Program-made: the position numbers and the translations under genes
Shown here: piece after piece, positions 17,526 to 26,504 of the stretch
Position numbering within the stretch: the stretch's first letter is position 1
Layout of the letters: every line of letters starts with the position of its first letter
The notes under the pieces: model-generated
Databases searched by the model: none
Seen by the model: only the letters and a program-made list of their open reading frames with translations
Told to the model about the DNA's origin: nothing
Source of the DNA: an uncultured Haloferula sp.
GTDB lineage: Bacteria; Verrucomicrobiota; Verrucomicrobiia; Verrucomicrobiales; Akkermansiaceae
Direction: 5' to 3'
DNA length: 64,000 nt
NCBI GenBank assembly: GCA_965652295.1
Contig: CBFGTS010000001.1
Location: forward strand, 352,001 to 416,000

Positions 17526-19682
17526 ATGCATCGAGGGTATCAGGTGGTTGCGGTCACTTCATTTGGACGATCACGATATACCGATCTACTCGCATCTATC
17601 ACTCGGAGTTGCTGGTTGATCGACCGGCACGAGCTGTGGATGAACACGGAGGATGCGGACGACCTTGCGGCGGCGGATCGGTATTGTGCGGAACATCCCG
17701 ATTTTTTTGTCAAGGTGGAGAGCTCTATGCCCTACGGCAACGGGATGGGGGGCGCGCGACTCGCCTCGTTCTGGCGGCTGTTGGAGGACGATCCGAAGAC
17801 GATTTACCTGCGCTTCGACGACGACATCGTCTGGATGGCGGATGATGCGGTGCAGCGCTTGTTGGATTTCCGGATCGATCATCCTGACTTCTTCCTGGTG
17901 TTTGCCAATACGCTGAACAATTCGCTTTGCTCCCACCTCCATCAGCGGCTCGGAGCTCTGCCGCCAGCTCCATTTCTCGAATACACCTGCTGCGGCGAAC
18001 GCTCTTGGCGACGGTGGGAGACGGCGGATGAGGTGCATCGGCGGTTTTTCGAGGCGATGGAGTGTGGCCAATTGGACCGGTTCAAGTTTCCGGCTTGGGA
18101 GCTGGTCGGCTACGAGCGCTTTTCGATCAACTGCATGGCCTGGTTCGGAGCGGATAATAGAGCGATTCGTGACCGCATGACCGATAGCGAGGAGATCTGT
18201 TTGACGGAGCAGATCCCGAGGCAGTTGGGGCGACGGAACGTCATCGTTGGGGATGCGCTGGTTTCCCATTTCGCCTATTATCCCCAACGGGAGGCATTGG
18301 AGGCGAACACGGGTTGGTTGTCGCGCTATTGGGATCTGGCTCGATCGAAAGGGATCATTGCCAGGGATGGACAACCGCGTGAGGTCGTAACGAAGACCCC
18401 TCAGATCCCGGTCCGGGAACGATTCCTCATTCTTACCCGCCGGAGCGGCAGCGCCGCGGAGCGCTTGGTCAGAGTCTTGAAACCGCTGGGAAAGGTGGAG
18501 GTGGTGGTGGATGAACTCCCGGCGGTGGAAGAGCTTCCTGCCAATCAGGTCTGGATTGCGGCCGAGGACGTGGAGGCGTTTGTCGGAGCGACAACTCCGG
18601 CGCTTCCCAGGACGACGGCTTGGGAGCGGGCACTTGCCCATCTTGAGCGGAGTTTTAATCCAAAAGAGGCGGTCTGGTTCGTGGAAGATGATGTGGCGGG
18701 TGAGGCGGAAGTATTCGCCCGCTTGGTGGCTGCTACTCGAAGACTGAATCCCGGGCTGGCGGCCACCGACGTGGTTTCCAAAGGTGAAGAGCCGGGATGG
18801 CACTGGTGGGAGCTTCTGAGGGAAGAGGACGGGATCTCAGAACCATGGAGGGCGTTTCTGCCTCTGTGTCGGCTGCGGCCTGAGCTGGTAAGAGAGGTGC
18901 TGAATTTTCGGAAAGCGCGGGGACGCATGCTACTGCACGAGATCTTGTTCGCCTCGCTTGCCAAAAGTTCGGGGATGTGGTGCCTCGACTGGAAGGTGCA
19001 TCCGGGGACTGCCCAGCATTTTGGGGCATTCCGATTTCGCCCTGAGGTGGATCGGTGGGTGCGTGGCATCTCCCACCCGGTGAAGGATCAGGACGTTCAT
19101 TGCGCCGTGTGTGAGGGAGGTTTGGATCCTTACCTTCGGATCGGAAGGGCGAATCTCGAAGGGTGGTCCATCCTTGCTGATGATTACCGGTTCCTCGTGA
19201 GCTACTGCCGTGAGAATGGGATCAAGCGGGTCGTCGAATTTGGCCCGGGAGACTCGACCTTGGCATTCCTCGACGCCGGATGTGAGATCCTATCATTCGA
19301 GCATAGCCAAGAATGGCTGCATAAGGTGGCGGCGCGTTTTTCCGGGGAGCTTCGTTTGGAGCTGGACTATTGCCCCGAAGATGCAGTTCCGGACCGGGCA
19401 ACATTGGGCTTTCAACCGGATCTGGTTTTTGTGGACGGTCCGCCGCTCCGAGAGGGACAAACGATGTCCCGGCTGGGGCCATGCGAGTGGGCGCTTGAGC
19501 AGTATGGGCGATTTCTTCTGCACGATGCAAAGCGCCCTGCGGAGCAGGCGACCTTGGCTGAGATGGAGAGGCGAGGAATGAGAGTGATCCGGATCGATAC
19601 CGAAAAGGGTCTGGCGCTTGTTGAGGCAGATCCGGCCGATGGGAGAGGGCTCCGCGGCAGGGATCGGGAGGCCTCGGGCTGA
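17526..19682 (+). CDS. Three-domain protein: GT-A-like + DUF3405-like + class I SAM methyltransferase
   Basis: IYLRFDDDIVWM..ANTLNN (DxD). Middle AWERAL..VWFVEDDV..WHWW..FLPLCRL..HEILF. C-terminal VVEFGPGDST, SFEH, LVFVDGPP, LLHDAKR. Confidence 0.75.
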   Translation: MHRGYQVVAVTSFGRSRYTDLLASITRSCWLIDRHELWMNTEDADDLAAADRYCAEHPDFFVKVESSMPYGNGMGGARLASFWRLLEDDPKTIYLRFDDDIVWMADDAVQRLLDFRIDHPDFFLVFANTLNNSLCSHLHQRLGALPPAPFLEYTCCGERSWRRWETADEVHRRFFEAMECGQLDRFKFPAWELVGYERFSINCMAWFGADNRAIRDRMTDSEEICLTEQIPRQLGRRNVIVGDALVSHFAYYPQREALEANTGWLSRYWDLARSKGIIARDGQPREVVTKTPQIPVRERFLILTRRSGSAAERLVRVLKPLGKVEVVVDELPAVEELPANQVWIAAEDVEAFVGATTPALPRTTAWERALAHLERSFNPKEAVWFVEDDVAGEAEVFARLVAATRRLNPGLAATDVVSKGEEPGWHWWELLREEDGISEPWRAFLPLCRLRPELVREVLNFRKARGRMLLHEILFASLAKSSGMWCLDWKVHPGTAQHFGAFRFRPEVDRWVRGISHPVKDQDVHCAVCEGGLDPYLRIGRANLEGWSILADDYRFLVSYCRENGIKRVVEFGPGDSTLAFLDAGCEILSFEHSQEWLHKVAARFSGELRLELDYCPEDAVPDRATLGFQPDLVFVDGPPLREGQTMSRLGPCEWALEQYGRFLLHDAKRPAEQATLAEMERRGMRVIRIDTEKGLALVEADPADGRGLRGRDREASG

Positions 19683-19687
19683 GCGCA

Positions 19688-19707
19688 TCCCCCTGAAGGG
19701 GGACTAC
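19688..19707 (-). repeat. GTAG-type REP-like palindrome
   Basis: Minus strand reads GTAG-tccccc-ttca-ggggga (6-bp stem, 4-nt loop), between convergent genes. Confidence 0.55.
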
Positions 19708-19732
19708 GTACAGAGGCGGCGGGCTTGTGAGG

Positions 19733-20752
19733 TCATTCGAGGATCAGATCCGCGACGACGAAGCGATGGTCCGAGTGGCGGGTGGTCACGGCGCGGCAGC
19801 CGATGGGCCTGAAGTGGCGGGTGGCGTGGATCTGGTCGATGCGAAGGACCGGGATGCGGCGCTGATAGGTGTTGCCCCAGCCGGTGCCGGCTTCGGCGAA
19901 TGCATCCTGGAAGTCCCGCGCCATCAGGCGGTGGATGGGATCGGTGGGCGGGGCGTTGAAGTCGCCGCCGAGGATGACCGGCTGCGCGCCGGGGAAATCA
20001 CAGGTTTCCTCCAGGATGCGGAGGGCGACGGATGCTTCGAAGTGGCGCTTGCGGCGGTTCTCACGATGGATGCGCCAGCAGGAGGGACGCCAGAGGCTGA
20101 GGTCGGTGGCGGCGGAGGAAAGGTGGAGGTTGGCGACTTCGATCGTCCGGCCATCGGGCAGGCGGACGGTGACGTTGTGATTGAAGAAACGGAACTTGAG
20201 GTTGGGGTTCCGGACCTCGCGGATGATCGGCCAGCGGCTGGCGATGCCATTGAGCGCGTAGCTGCGGTAGTGGGAGTCGGCCCCGAAGATGGTGTCGGAG
20301 ATGTGCTTCACCCGGACGGCATCGATTTCCTGGAGCAGGAGGATGTCCGGCTGCCAGACGGCGAGATCGGCGGTGGGATCGCCGTATCTGAAATAGGCGG
20401 TGTTGAGGGTGGCGATGCGGATCGGTTTGACGCCATTGAGGGCGGCGGCGGGACCCGGTTCCGGCGTGCGGGCCCCGAAGTGACCGATGACGCGGGCTTC
20501 GTCCGCGCCGAGGAAAAGGGTGAGCGCCCAGATGGTGGTGACGACCAGCGAGAGGGGGGCGCGGAGGGCGAGGAAAGCGAGCGAGGAGGCGAACAGCCCG
20601 AACCCGCCCCAGACCCAGATGGGCATCACGGTGAACGCCGCCAGCACCGAAGGCTGGCGGTAGTAGGCGAAGACGGTGATGAAATGGAGCGCCAGCGAGA
20701 GGCCGATGAGGATCCAGCCGACTCGGCGCACGGTGCGGGTGGAGCGAGGCAT
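19733..20752 (-). CDS. Endonuclease/exonuclease/phosphatase family protein with N-terminal TM helices
   Basis: IATLN, DILLLQE, ILGGDFN, RIDQI and SDH motifs; three hydrophobic helices at the N-terminus. Confidence 0.88.
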   Translation of the reverse strand: MPRSTRTVRRVGWILIGLSLALHFITVFAYYRQPSVLAAFTVMPIWVWGGFGLFASSLAFLALRAPLSLVVTTIWALTLFLGADEARVIGHFGARTPEPGPAAALNGVKPIRIATLNTAYFRYGDPTADLAVWQPDILLLQEIDAVRVKHISDTIFGADSHYRSYALNGIASRWPIIREVRNPNLKFRFFNHNVTVRLPDGRTIEVANLHLSSAATDLSLWRPSCWRIHRENRRKRHFEASVALRILEETCDFPGAQPVILGGDFNAPPTDPIHRLMARDFQDAFAEAGTGWGNTYQRRIPVLRIDQIHATRHFRPIGCRAVTTRHSDHRFVVADLILE

Positions 20753-20807
20753 GGATCCTGGGGCTGGCGGGTGAACTGGGCTTGGCGGATGAAATCCGCC
20801 GCCACGA

Positions 20808-21113
20808 TCAAAGCCCGGGGATGCCAAGCCCGCCGGTGAGCTTCTTCATCTCGGTAGCGGTGGCTTCCTTACCTTTGGCGATGGCTTCCTGGACGCCCTT
20901 GAGAACGAGGTCCTGGAGAAACTCGACGTCGCCGGGATCGACCACGGCGGGATCGATGGTGATGGCGGTGACGTCGCCGGCACCGGTGGCGGTCACGGTG
21001 ACTTTATCGCCGCCGACGGAGGCGGTGAACTCCATGGCAGCGAGTTCTTCCTGCTTGGCGAGCATGCCGGCCTGCATCTGCTGGGCCTGCTTCATCATTT
21101 TGGCGAGGTTCAT
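20808..21113 (-). CDS. ybaB: YbaB/EbfC nucleoid-associated protein
   Basis: MMKQAQQMQ..GGDKVTVT..G..IDPAVVDPGDVEFLQDLV; directly downstream of dnaX, the usual context. Confidence 0.95.
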   Translation of the reverse strand: MNLAKMMKQAQQMQAGMLAKQEELAAMEFTASVGGDKVTVTATGAGDVTAITIDPAVVDPGDVEFLQDLVLKGVQEAIAKGKEATATEMKKLTGGLGIPGL

Positions 21114-21114
21114 G

Positions 21115-21142
21115 GATTTGCGATTTAAGATTGGAGATTTTG
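21115..21142 (-). repeat. Imperfect heptamer tandem (NNNAATC x4) upstream of ybaB start
   Basis: Minus strand CAAAATC TCCAATC TTAAATC GCAAATC C ATG. Confidence 0.6.
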
Positions 21143-21149
21143 GGAAGGA

Positions 21150-22631
21150 TCAGCGGATTTTGGCTTCGAAGATCTCGAGGGCTTTCTGGATGAGCGGGTC
21201 TTGGTAGAACTCGTCCTCTGCGGGTGGCGCGGCGGGCTCGGGGGCCGGGGTGGCGGATGGAGCCGGTGCGGCGACGGGTGTCGGAGCAGGCTCGGGCTGC
21301 GGCGGTGCCTCGGGGGCCTCGGCTTCCAGAGCGTCCAGCGAGGCGTCGAGGTCGTCGAAGCTCTTAACGGCTACGGGTGCCGTTTTTTTTTCCGCGGGAG
21401 GCTCGGGCGTCGGAGCGGGAGCGGGTGCAGGCTCGGCGGGAGCCGGCGTGGAGGAAACCGGCGGCGTTTGGGAAACGGCGGGCGCTTCCGGCATTTGGTC
21501 GGCAACGCCGGCGAGGACTTTGATGAGGTCGTTGATGCGGACTTCACCGAGGACTTGGACGACTTTGATGAGGCCGAGTTCGAGGTGCATCCGCTTGTTG
21601 GTGGCCCAGCGCATGCGGCCTTCGGTTTCGGCGAAGCTGTCGATGATCGCCAGCAACCGGTCGGGCGGGTGGGCGGAGGCGGTCTCCACGAGGGCTTTCC
21701 AGATTTCCTCCGGGATGCCCTCGCCGCTGGCGGTGGGATCGATGCGGGCGACGAGCAAGGCGCGCAGGCCGCCGATGAGTTCGCCGAGCAGCTGGGAAAG
21801 CTCGCGGCCGGCATCGGCCTCGCGCTGGACGATGGAAAGGGCGCGGGCGCTGTCCTTTTCGAGCAGCGCGGTGGCGAGGGCGGCGACGGTTTCACGCGAG
21901 GTGAAGCCGAAGACGTCGAGCACGTTGGCCTCGGTGATCGTTTCGCCGCAGAAGGCGACGAGCTGGTCGAGCATCGACTGCGCGTCGCGCATGCCGCCAT
22001 CGGCACCTTTGGCGATGGCCCAGGCGGCGGCTTCATCGAGCTTCACGCCTTCGTTCGAGGCGATGTAGAGGAGGTGCCGCGCGATGATGTCGGCGGGGAT
22101 CGGGCGGAGGTCGAAGCGTTGGCAGCGGGACAGGATGGTGGCGAGGATCTTGTGGGGCTCGGTGGTGGCGAAGATGAACTTCACGTGTTCCGGCGGCTCT
22201 TCGAGGGTCTTCAACAGGGCGTTGAAGGCCGAGTTCGAGAGCATGTGGACCTCGTCGATGTAGTAGATCTTGAACTGGCCGCTGGACGGGGCGTAGCGGA
22301 CGGTTTCGCGCAGCGAGCGGACTTCTTCGACGCCGTTGTTCGAGGCACCGTCGATTTCGAGCACGTCGAGCGACCGGCCTTCGGCGATTTCCTGGCAAAT
22401 GGTGTCGTCCGGATCGAAGTCGGCCTTGGGGCCGCCGGGGCAGTTGAGGGCCTTGGCGAGGATGCGCGCGGTGGTGGTCTTGCCGGTGCCGCGCGGGCCG
22501 ACGAAGAGGTAGGCGTGGGCGAGACGGTTCTGGGCGATGGCGTTTTTCAGCGTCCGCACGACGTGATCCTGGCCGAGGATGTCGTCGAAGGTGCGGGGCC
22601 GGTATTTCCGGGCGAAGACCTGATAGCTCAC
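21150..22631 (-). CDS. dnaX: DNA polymerase III subunit gamma/tau
   Basis: GTG start SYQVFARKYRP, Walker A GPRGTGKT, EIDGASN, IDEVHML, NALLKTLEEPP, SRCQ; Pro/Ala linker and short C-terminal DPLIQKALEIFEA. Confidence 0.96.
   Translation of the reverse strand: MSYQVFARKYRPRTFDDILGQDHVVRTLKNAIAQNRLAHAYLFVGPRGTGKTTTARILAKALNCPGGPKADFDPDDTICQEIAEGRSLDVLEIDGASNNGVEEVRSLRETVRYAPSSGQFKIYYIDEVHMLSNSAFNALLKTLEEPPEHVKFIFATTEPHKILATILSRCQRFDLRPIPADIIARHLLYIASNEGVKLDEAAAWAIAKGADGGMRDAQSMLDQLVAFCGETITEANVLDVFGFTSRETVAALATALLEKDSARALSIVQREADAGRELSQLLGELIGGLRALLVARIDPTASGEGIPEEIWKALVETASAHPPDRLLAIIDSFAETEGRMRWATNKRMHLELGLIKVVQVLGEVRINDLIKVLAGVADQMPEAPAVSQTPPVSSTPAPAEPAPAPAPTPEPPAEKKTAPVAVKSFDDLDASLDALEAEAPEAPPQPEPAPTPVAAPAPSATPAPEPAAPPAEDEFYQDPLIQKALEIFEAKIR
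21383..21391 (-). promoter_or_regulatory. A9 slippery run in dnaX (candidate recoding site)
   Basis: Minus strand GCG GAA AAA AAA ACG. Stops follow in both shifted frames (TAG at 21373-21371, TAA at 21366-21364). Confidence 0.65.
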
Positions 22632-22739
22632 GGCCGGGAGTCTAGGAGCGGATTCAGGGGGAGGAAAATGGGATAATTGGGGAAATCCGACGAGCGATCG
22701 CGCTGGCCCGTCCCGGCGGGGGTGGTAGGGTGCCGGGGC

Positions 22740-24245
22740 ATGACGGAACGGGATCCGAATCACATCGAGGGCGTGGGCTCGCGGCAGCCGGGGGCGACGA
22801 AAAAGCGGGGTTTCCCGTGGGTCCGGATGTCGATCTTCGTCCTCGCGGTGGCCGCCGCCGCGCTGCCCTTCACCGAGCAGGGAAGGGGTCTGCTGGGCGC
22901 GGTGAAACGGAAGCTGGACGGGCGGATCGAGACCCGGAACGCCGAGGATCAGGATGTTTTCCGCCAGGCGGAGGCGCGGCTGCGGGAGCAGTATGAAGCC
23001 GATCTCGAGGCCCTGCGCGATCAGGCCAAGGCGGCCGAGGAAGCGGCGCGGAAGGCGGCGGAAAGGCCCACGGAAACCGTGCTGCCGCCGATCAATGAAC
23101 ACACGGCGCAGAGCGGCGGTGACGTGCGGAAACTGCGTTCGGAAATCACGCTCAAGACCGAAGTGGAGATCGCGCCTGGGACGCTGGCCTCGATCGAGCG
23201 CAAGGACGACGACGCCTACGTGGCGACCTACAAGCTGAGCGTGCGGGTGCCGGAGCCATCGAAATCGCTCGCCGATCTGGAAAAGGTGAGCCCCGGGCTC
23301 GGCGAAATGCTGCCCGGGATGACGAAGCTGCTGGAGAAGCCGCAGGTTTCCCGCTGGTTCTACAAGCTCTACGAAAACAAGACCGACCGGTTGCGGCGCG
23401 ATGCCACCCAACTCAACCAGCTGCTCACCCGGCATAATTTCTACGATTGCGAGACGATTCTGAACCTCCGTCACCCCGAAACCGGCCGGCGGGTTTTCCT
23501 GATGCAGGCGGAAATGGATGTGGTGTCGGATGGCTCGGATGGTGACCGGCTGGCGACGATGCCGGATGAGATCGTCAACTCCACCCACTACCAGCCCTTC
23601 ACCAGTTATGGTTGGAAGAAGCGCACGGATATCCCGAACCCGATGGTGGCCGGTTGGAAGAAACGTATCGGCAACGCGGATCGCGAGTTGGCGGATCCCA
23701 ACACGACGGCCGCCCGCAAGGCATGGTTGCGCGACCGGAAGGCCTATCTCAAGCGCGGCATCGAAGACATGACTTATCGCAGCTTCCTGATTGCGGAATA
23801 CGATCCCTTCATTGTCATCCCTGTGAACCTGCTCACGGCGAGCGGTGATCCTTTCGCACCGAAGGTGGGCGACTACGCCGTGGTCGCGCATGAGGGCGTG
23901 CTTTATCCGGCGATCGTCGGCGATGGCGGCCCGACCTTCAAAGTCGGCGAGGCCTCGCTACGCATGGCGCGGCAGATCAACCCGCGCTCATCGCCCTATT
24001 CGCGGCCGGTTTCCGATCTGACGGTGACCTACGTCGTTTTCCCCGGCAGCCGGGACAAGGAGAGGAATCCACCCGACTACGACAAGTGGCGTACCCGCTG
24101 TGGTGAGCTGATCGGGGAAATCGGTGGCCTCGGTGAAGGTGCTAAACTGTTCGAGTGGGAAGACAAACTGCCGAAGCCGAAACCGGCCGAGGCTCTCGAA
24201 CCTGAGCCGGCAGGGCCGCAGGCACCTTCATCGACGGCGGAATAG
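22740..24245 (+). CDS. Membrane-anchored protein with C-terminal glycoside hydrolase family 75 (chitosanase-like) domain
   Basis: TM helix and coiled coil, then [46 protein letters not shown]. Confidence 0.75.
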   Translation: MTERDPNHIEGVGSRQPGATKKRGFPWVRMSIFVLAVAAAALPFTEQGRGLLGAVKRKLDGRIETRNAEDQDVFRQAEARLREQYEADLEALRDQAKAAEEAARKAAERPTETVLPPINEHTAQSGGDVRKLRSEITLKTEVEIAPGTLASIERKDDDAYVATYKLSVRVPEPSKSLADLEKVSPGLGEMLPGMTKLLEKPQVSRWFYKLYENKTDRLRRDATQLNQLLTRHNFYDCETILNLRHPETGRRVFLMQAEMDVVSDGSDGDRLATMPDEIVNSTHYQPFTSYGWKKRTDIPNPMVAGWKKRIGNADRELADPNTTAARKAWLRDRKAYLKRGIEDMTYRSFLIAEYDPFIVIPVNLLTASGDPFAPKVGDYAVVAHEGVLYPAIVGDGGPTFKVGEASLRMARQINPRSSPYSRPVSDLTVTYVVFPGSRDKERNPPDYDKWRTRCGELIGEIGGLGEGAKLFEWEDKLPKPKPAEALEPEPAGPQAPSSTAE

Positions 24246-24253
24246 CAGGTTGC

Positions 24254-24277
24254 GGAGCATTGGCATTCCTGCCGATG
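24254..24277 (+). repeat. GGAG-led REP-like palindrome
   Basis: ggag-cattggca-ttcc-tgccgatg (8-bp stem with one G-U pair), between convergent genes. Confidence 0.5.
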
Positions 24278-24348
24278 GAACTTTGTGAGAAGCGGGATCG
24301 AGGGTCTGCCGGCCGAACGCCGCGGCCCCGAAGAAGCCCGCCCTTTCT

Positions 24349-25041
24349 TCACCCGATGAAGTCCCCCTCGACCCGCTTGTCGGGGATGCGGAGGTGCTTT
24401 TCGATCTGCTGTTCGATGAAGATCGCCTGGTCGGCCTGGCGGAGGTTTTTCAGGATCGTGCGGCGGTGGTTGCCGTTGAAGATGGCCTCGACCTCGTAGG
24501 TGGTACTGGGGCCGTTCTTGCCGTGCCTGATTTTCTCCCGGCAGAAGATCTGCGTGAGGCGGGTGGCGTCGAGCCGTTGGTTGCCGCGCCAGGGGATGGG
24601 GCCGTGGTGGATTTCGAGCTCGTTGCGGCCGGCGCGGATGGTGGTGGTGTTGAAAAAGGTGGCGGCGAGGAAATAGAGGATGCCGATGCCGATGGCGGTG
24701 TGCAGCAGCGCGAAGGCGGACATGAGCCACTGGCCCTGGGTGAGGGCGATGGTGTGCCAGACGATGAGGAAGCCGTTCCAGAAGACGGCGAAGAACAGGA
24801 GGATCCAGGCGCTGTGATCGAACCAGCGGCGGCGGATGACGAGTTCGCCGGCCTCCTCGGCCATGGTGAAGCGCGGGGGCAGCCCGACCTGGCCGCGAGG
24901 GATGGCTTGCGTGGTGGCGGCGGGCAGGGCGAAGAGCGAGTGGCAGTGACGGCAGCGCGCGGCGGCGATCTGCGGAGAGATGTCGGCGGGATCGAGGACC
25001 GAGCCGCAGTTGGTGCACTTGAGTTCGACGAGTTCGCTCAC
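24349..25041 (-). CDS. Zinc-ribbon membrane protein
   Basis: GTG start overlapping the upstream stop; CTNC..CRHC, then two TM helices and a PH-like C-terminal region. Confidence 0.75.
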   Translation of the reverse strand: MSELVELKCTNCGSVLDPADISPQIAAARCRHCHSLFALPAATTQAIPRGQVGLPPRFTMAEEAGELVIRRRWFDHSAWILLFFAVFWNGFLIVWHTIALTQGQWLMSAFALLHTAIGIGILYFLAATFFNTTTIRAGRNELEIHHGPIPWRGNQRLDATRLTQIFCREKIRHGKNGPSTTYEVEAIFNGNHRRTILKNLRQADQAIFIEQQIEKHLRIPDKRVEGDFIG

Positions 25042-26501
25042 GGTTTTTTCGAAAGGGGAATGAGGATGCGGAAACCGAGGTTGTCGCGACGCAGCAGCAG
25101 GTCGGAGGTCCACTGGCGGGTCCATGCGCCGGAGCTGGAATCGATGAAGGAGCCGCCGATGATCACGTGGGCGGGCTGGCCGGCGGGATTGGCGGGGTTG
25201 ATGCCGGGCTCAAGCGTCCATTCGGCCACGGAGCCGGCCATGCCGCGGAGGCCGTTCGGAGTGGTATCGCGAGGACCGATGTCAGTGACCGGGCCCCAGT
25301 CGGCGGGCAGCAGGGTGGAGGGCGATTCGAGCGGCGCGAACCATTCTTCCTGCGTCGGCAGGCGGCCGCCGGCCCACCGGCAGTAGGCGGCGGCGTCGTA
25401 CCAATCGACGTTCACCACCGGGCAGTTCAGCGACATCGGACGGCCTTCCCAGGTGCGGCCGTCCTGCGCTGCGGAAAACATGGCGGTCCAGTCGCTGGGC
25501 TCGTGGTGCTCTTTTTCCGCCGGCTGCCCGGGGTGGTCGAAGACGTCGCGGTCTTCGGGTGGAAGCGCGGAGAGGACGTCGAGAAACCGATGATACTCGC
25601 CGATGGTCACCTCGCAGGCACCGAGCTGGTAGGCGGCGAGGTCGGTCTTGTCGCCGTCCGGCGTGAAATAGTTTCCCGCCCCGACCTCGATCGGTCCGGG
25701 CACCGAGGGCTCACTAGGAGCGGGCGGCGGGGTGTCGCGGTCTTTCTTCAGCAGACCGGCGAGGCCGAGGCCGGCGACGACGGCGAGACCGCCGAGCACG
25801 GCGGGCAGAAGGGCGGTTCTTTTCCGGACAGGACGGGTGGTGGCGGCGACGGGGGAGGACTCCAGAAGCTGGTTCTCGACCTGCTCGCTGTAGGTGCGGA
25901 CCTGCGCCCAGCCGATGGGCGCGTCAAGGCCCTCGCCGCGCATCCAGGCGAGGACTGTCTGCAGGCGGCCCGCGCCGGGTTGGCCATCGGCGACGATGGC
26001 GGGCAGGGTTTCGCCCAAACGCATGACATCCGAGATTTCGCGATCCGGCTCCGGTGCGCCGTCGCAGGCGATGTTTTCGAGGCGCACGGCACCGAGGCCA
26101 TCGATGTGGATGGCGGCGGGGGTGAGCGGCTCGGTGGCGATGCCTTCGAGCCGGAGCATGGCCTCGGCGGTGCGGCGCAACGCGTGGGCGAGGCGCAGCG
26201 GCGGCAGCTTGATGCGGTCCTGGAGGTGGGCGGCGAGGCTGGCGGAGGGGAGATGTTCGAGCGCCACGAAGCACTGTTCCTCGTCCGACACCGCCTCGTA
26301 GACCGAGGAGATGAGCGGATGGTTCACCGCGGCTTTGGCGCGCACCTGGGCGAGGAATTCGTCGCGGTATTCGAGCTCGGTGAGTTCGACGATCACGACG
26401 GTGCGGCCGACCGAGGTCTGCTCGGCGAGCCAGGTCGTCTGGCCGGGGTGGGTGGCGAGGGGCTCAAGCAGGCGGTAGTCGCCCAACTGACGGGTGTCCA
26501 T
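25038..26501 (-). CDS. Degenerate Ser/Thr kinase-like domain + TM + FGE-sulfatase (SUMF1-like) domain
   Basis: LGDYRLLE..HPLISSVYEA..FVALE resembles a kinase N-lobe. After the TM helix: EVTIGEY, PVVNVDWYDAAAYCRWAGGRLPT..EW, GMAGSVAEW, GFR. Confidence 0.8.
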   Translation of the reverse strand: MDTRQLGDYRLLEPLATHPGQTTWLAEQTSVGRTVVIVELTELEYRDEFLAQVRAKAAVNHPLISSVYEAVSDEEQCFVALEHLPSASLAAHLQDRIKLPPLRLAHALRRTAEAMLRLEGIATEPLTPAAIHIDGLGAVRLENIACDGAPEPDREISDVMRLGETLPAIVADGQPGAGRLQTVLAWMRGEGLDAPIGWAQVRTYSEQVENQLLESSPVAATTRPVRKRTALLPAVLGGLAVVAGLGLAGLLKKDRDTPPPAPSEPSVPGPIEVGAGNYFTPDGDKTDLAAYQLGACEVTIGEYHRFLDVLSALPPEDRDVFDHPGQPAEKEHHEPSDWTAMFSAAQDGRTWEGRPMSLNCPVVNVDWYDAAAYCRWAGGRLPTQEEWFAPLESPSTLLPADWGPVTDIGPRDTTPNGLRGMAGSVAEWTLEPGINPANPAGQPAHVIIGGSFIDSSSGAWTRQWTSDLLLRRDNLGFRILIPLSKKP

Positions 26502-26504
26502 GGA

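Larger units (their letters stand above)
8053..19682. other. Accessory glycosylation island (lower GC) between polX and an EEP gene
   Basis: Visibly more A/T and more rare codons than the flanks (lowest at 16.0-17.3 kb), six GT-like genes and an IS630 remnant. No integrase or att repeats seen. Confidence 0.7.

Noticed and set aside
8029..19718. cagaggcg near both island edges as a possible att/target duplication
   Set aside because: Only 8 bp in GC-rich DNA, so likely chance; no integrase or tRNA nearby.
22632..22739. SRP RNA (ffs), often found upstream of dnaX
   Set aside because: The gap is short and I could not find the conserved SRP helix-8 motif.
22632..23891. Apparent 420-aa N-terminal extension of dnaX (913-aa ORF)
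   Set aside because: It is mostly the antisense shadow of the GH75-like gene. DnaX homology starts at GTG 22631 (SYQVFARKYRP).
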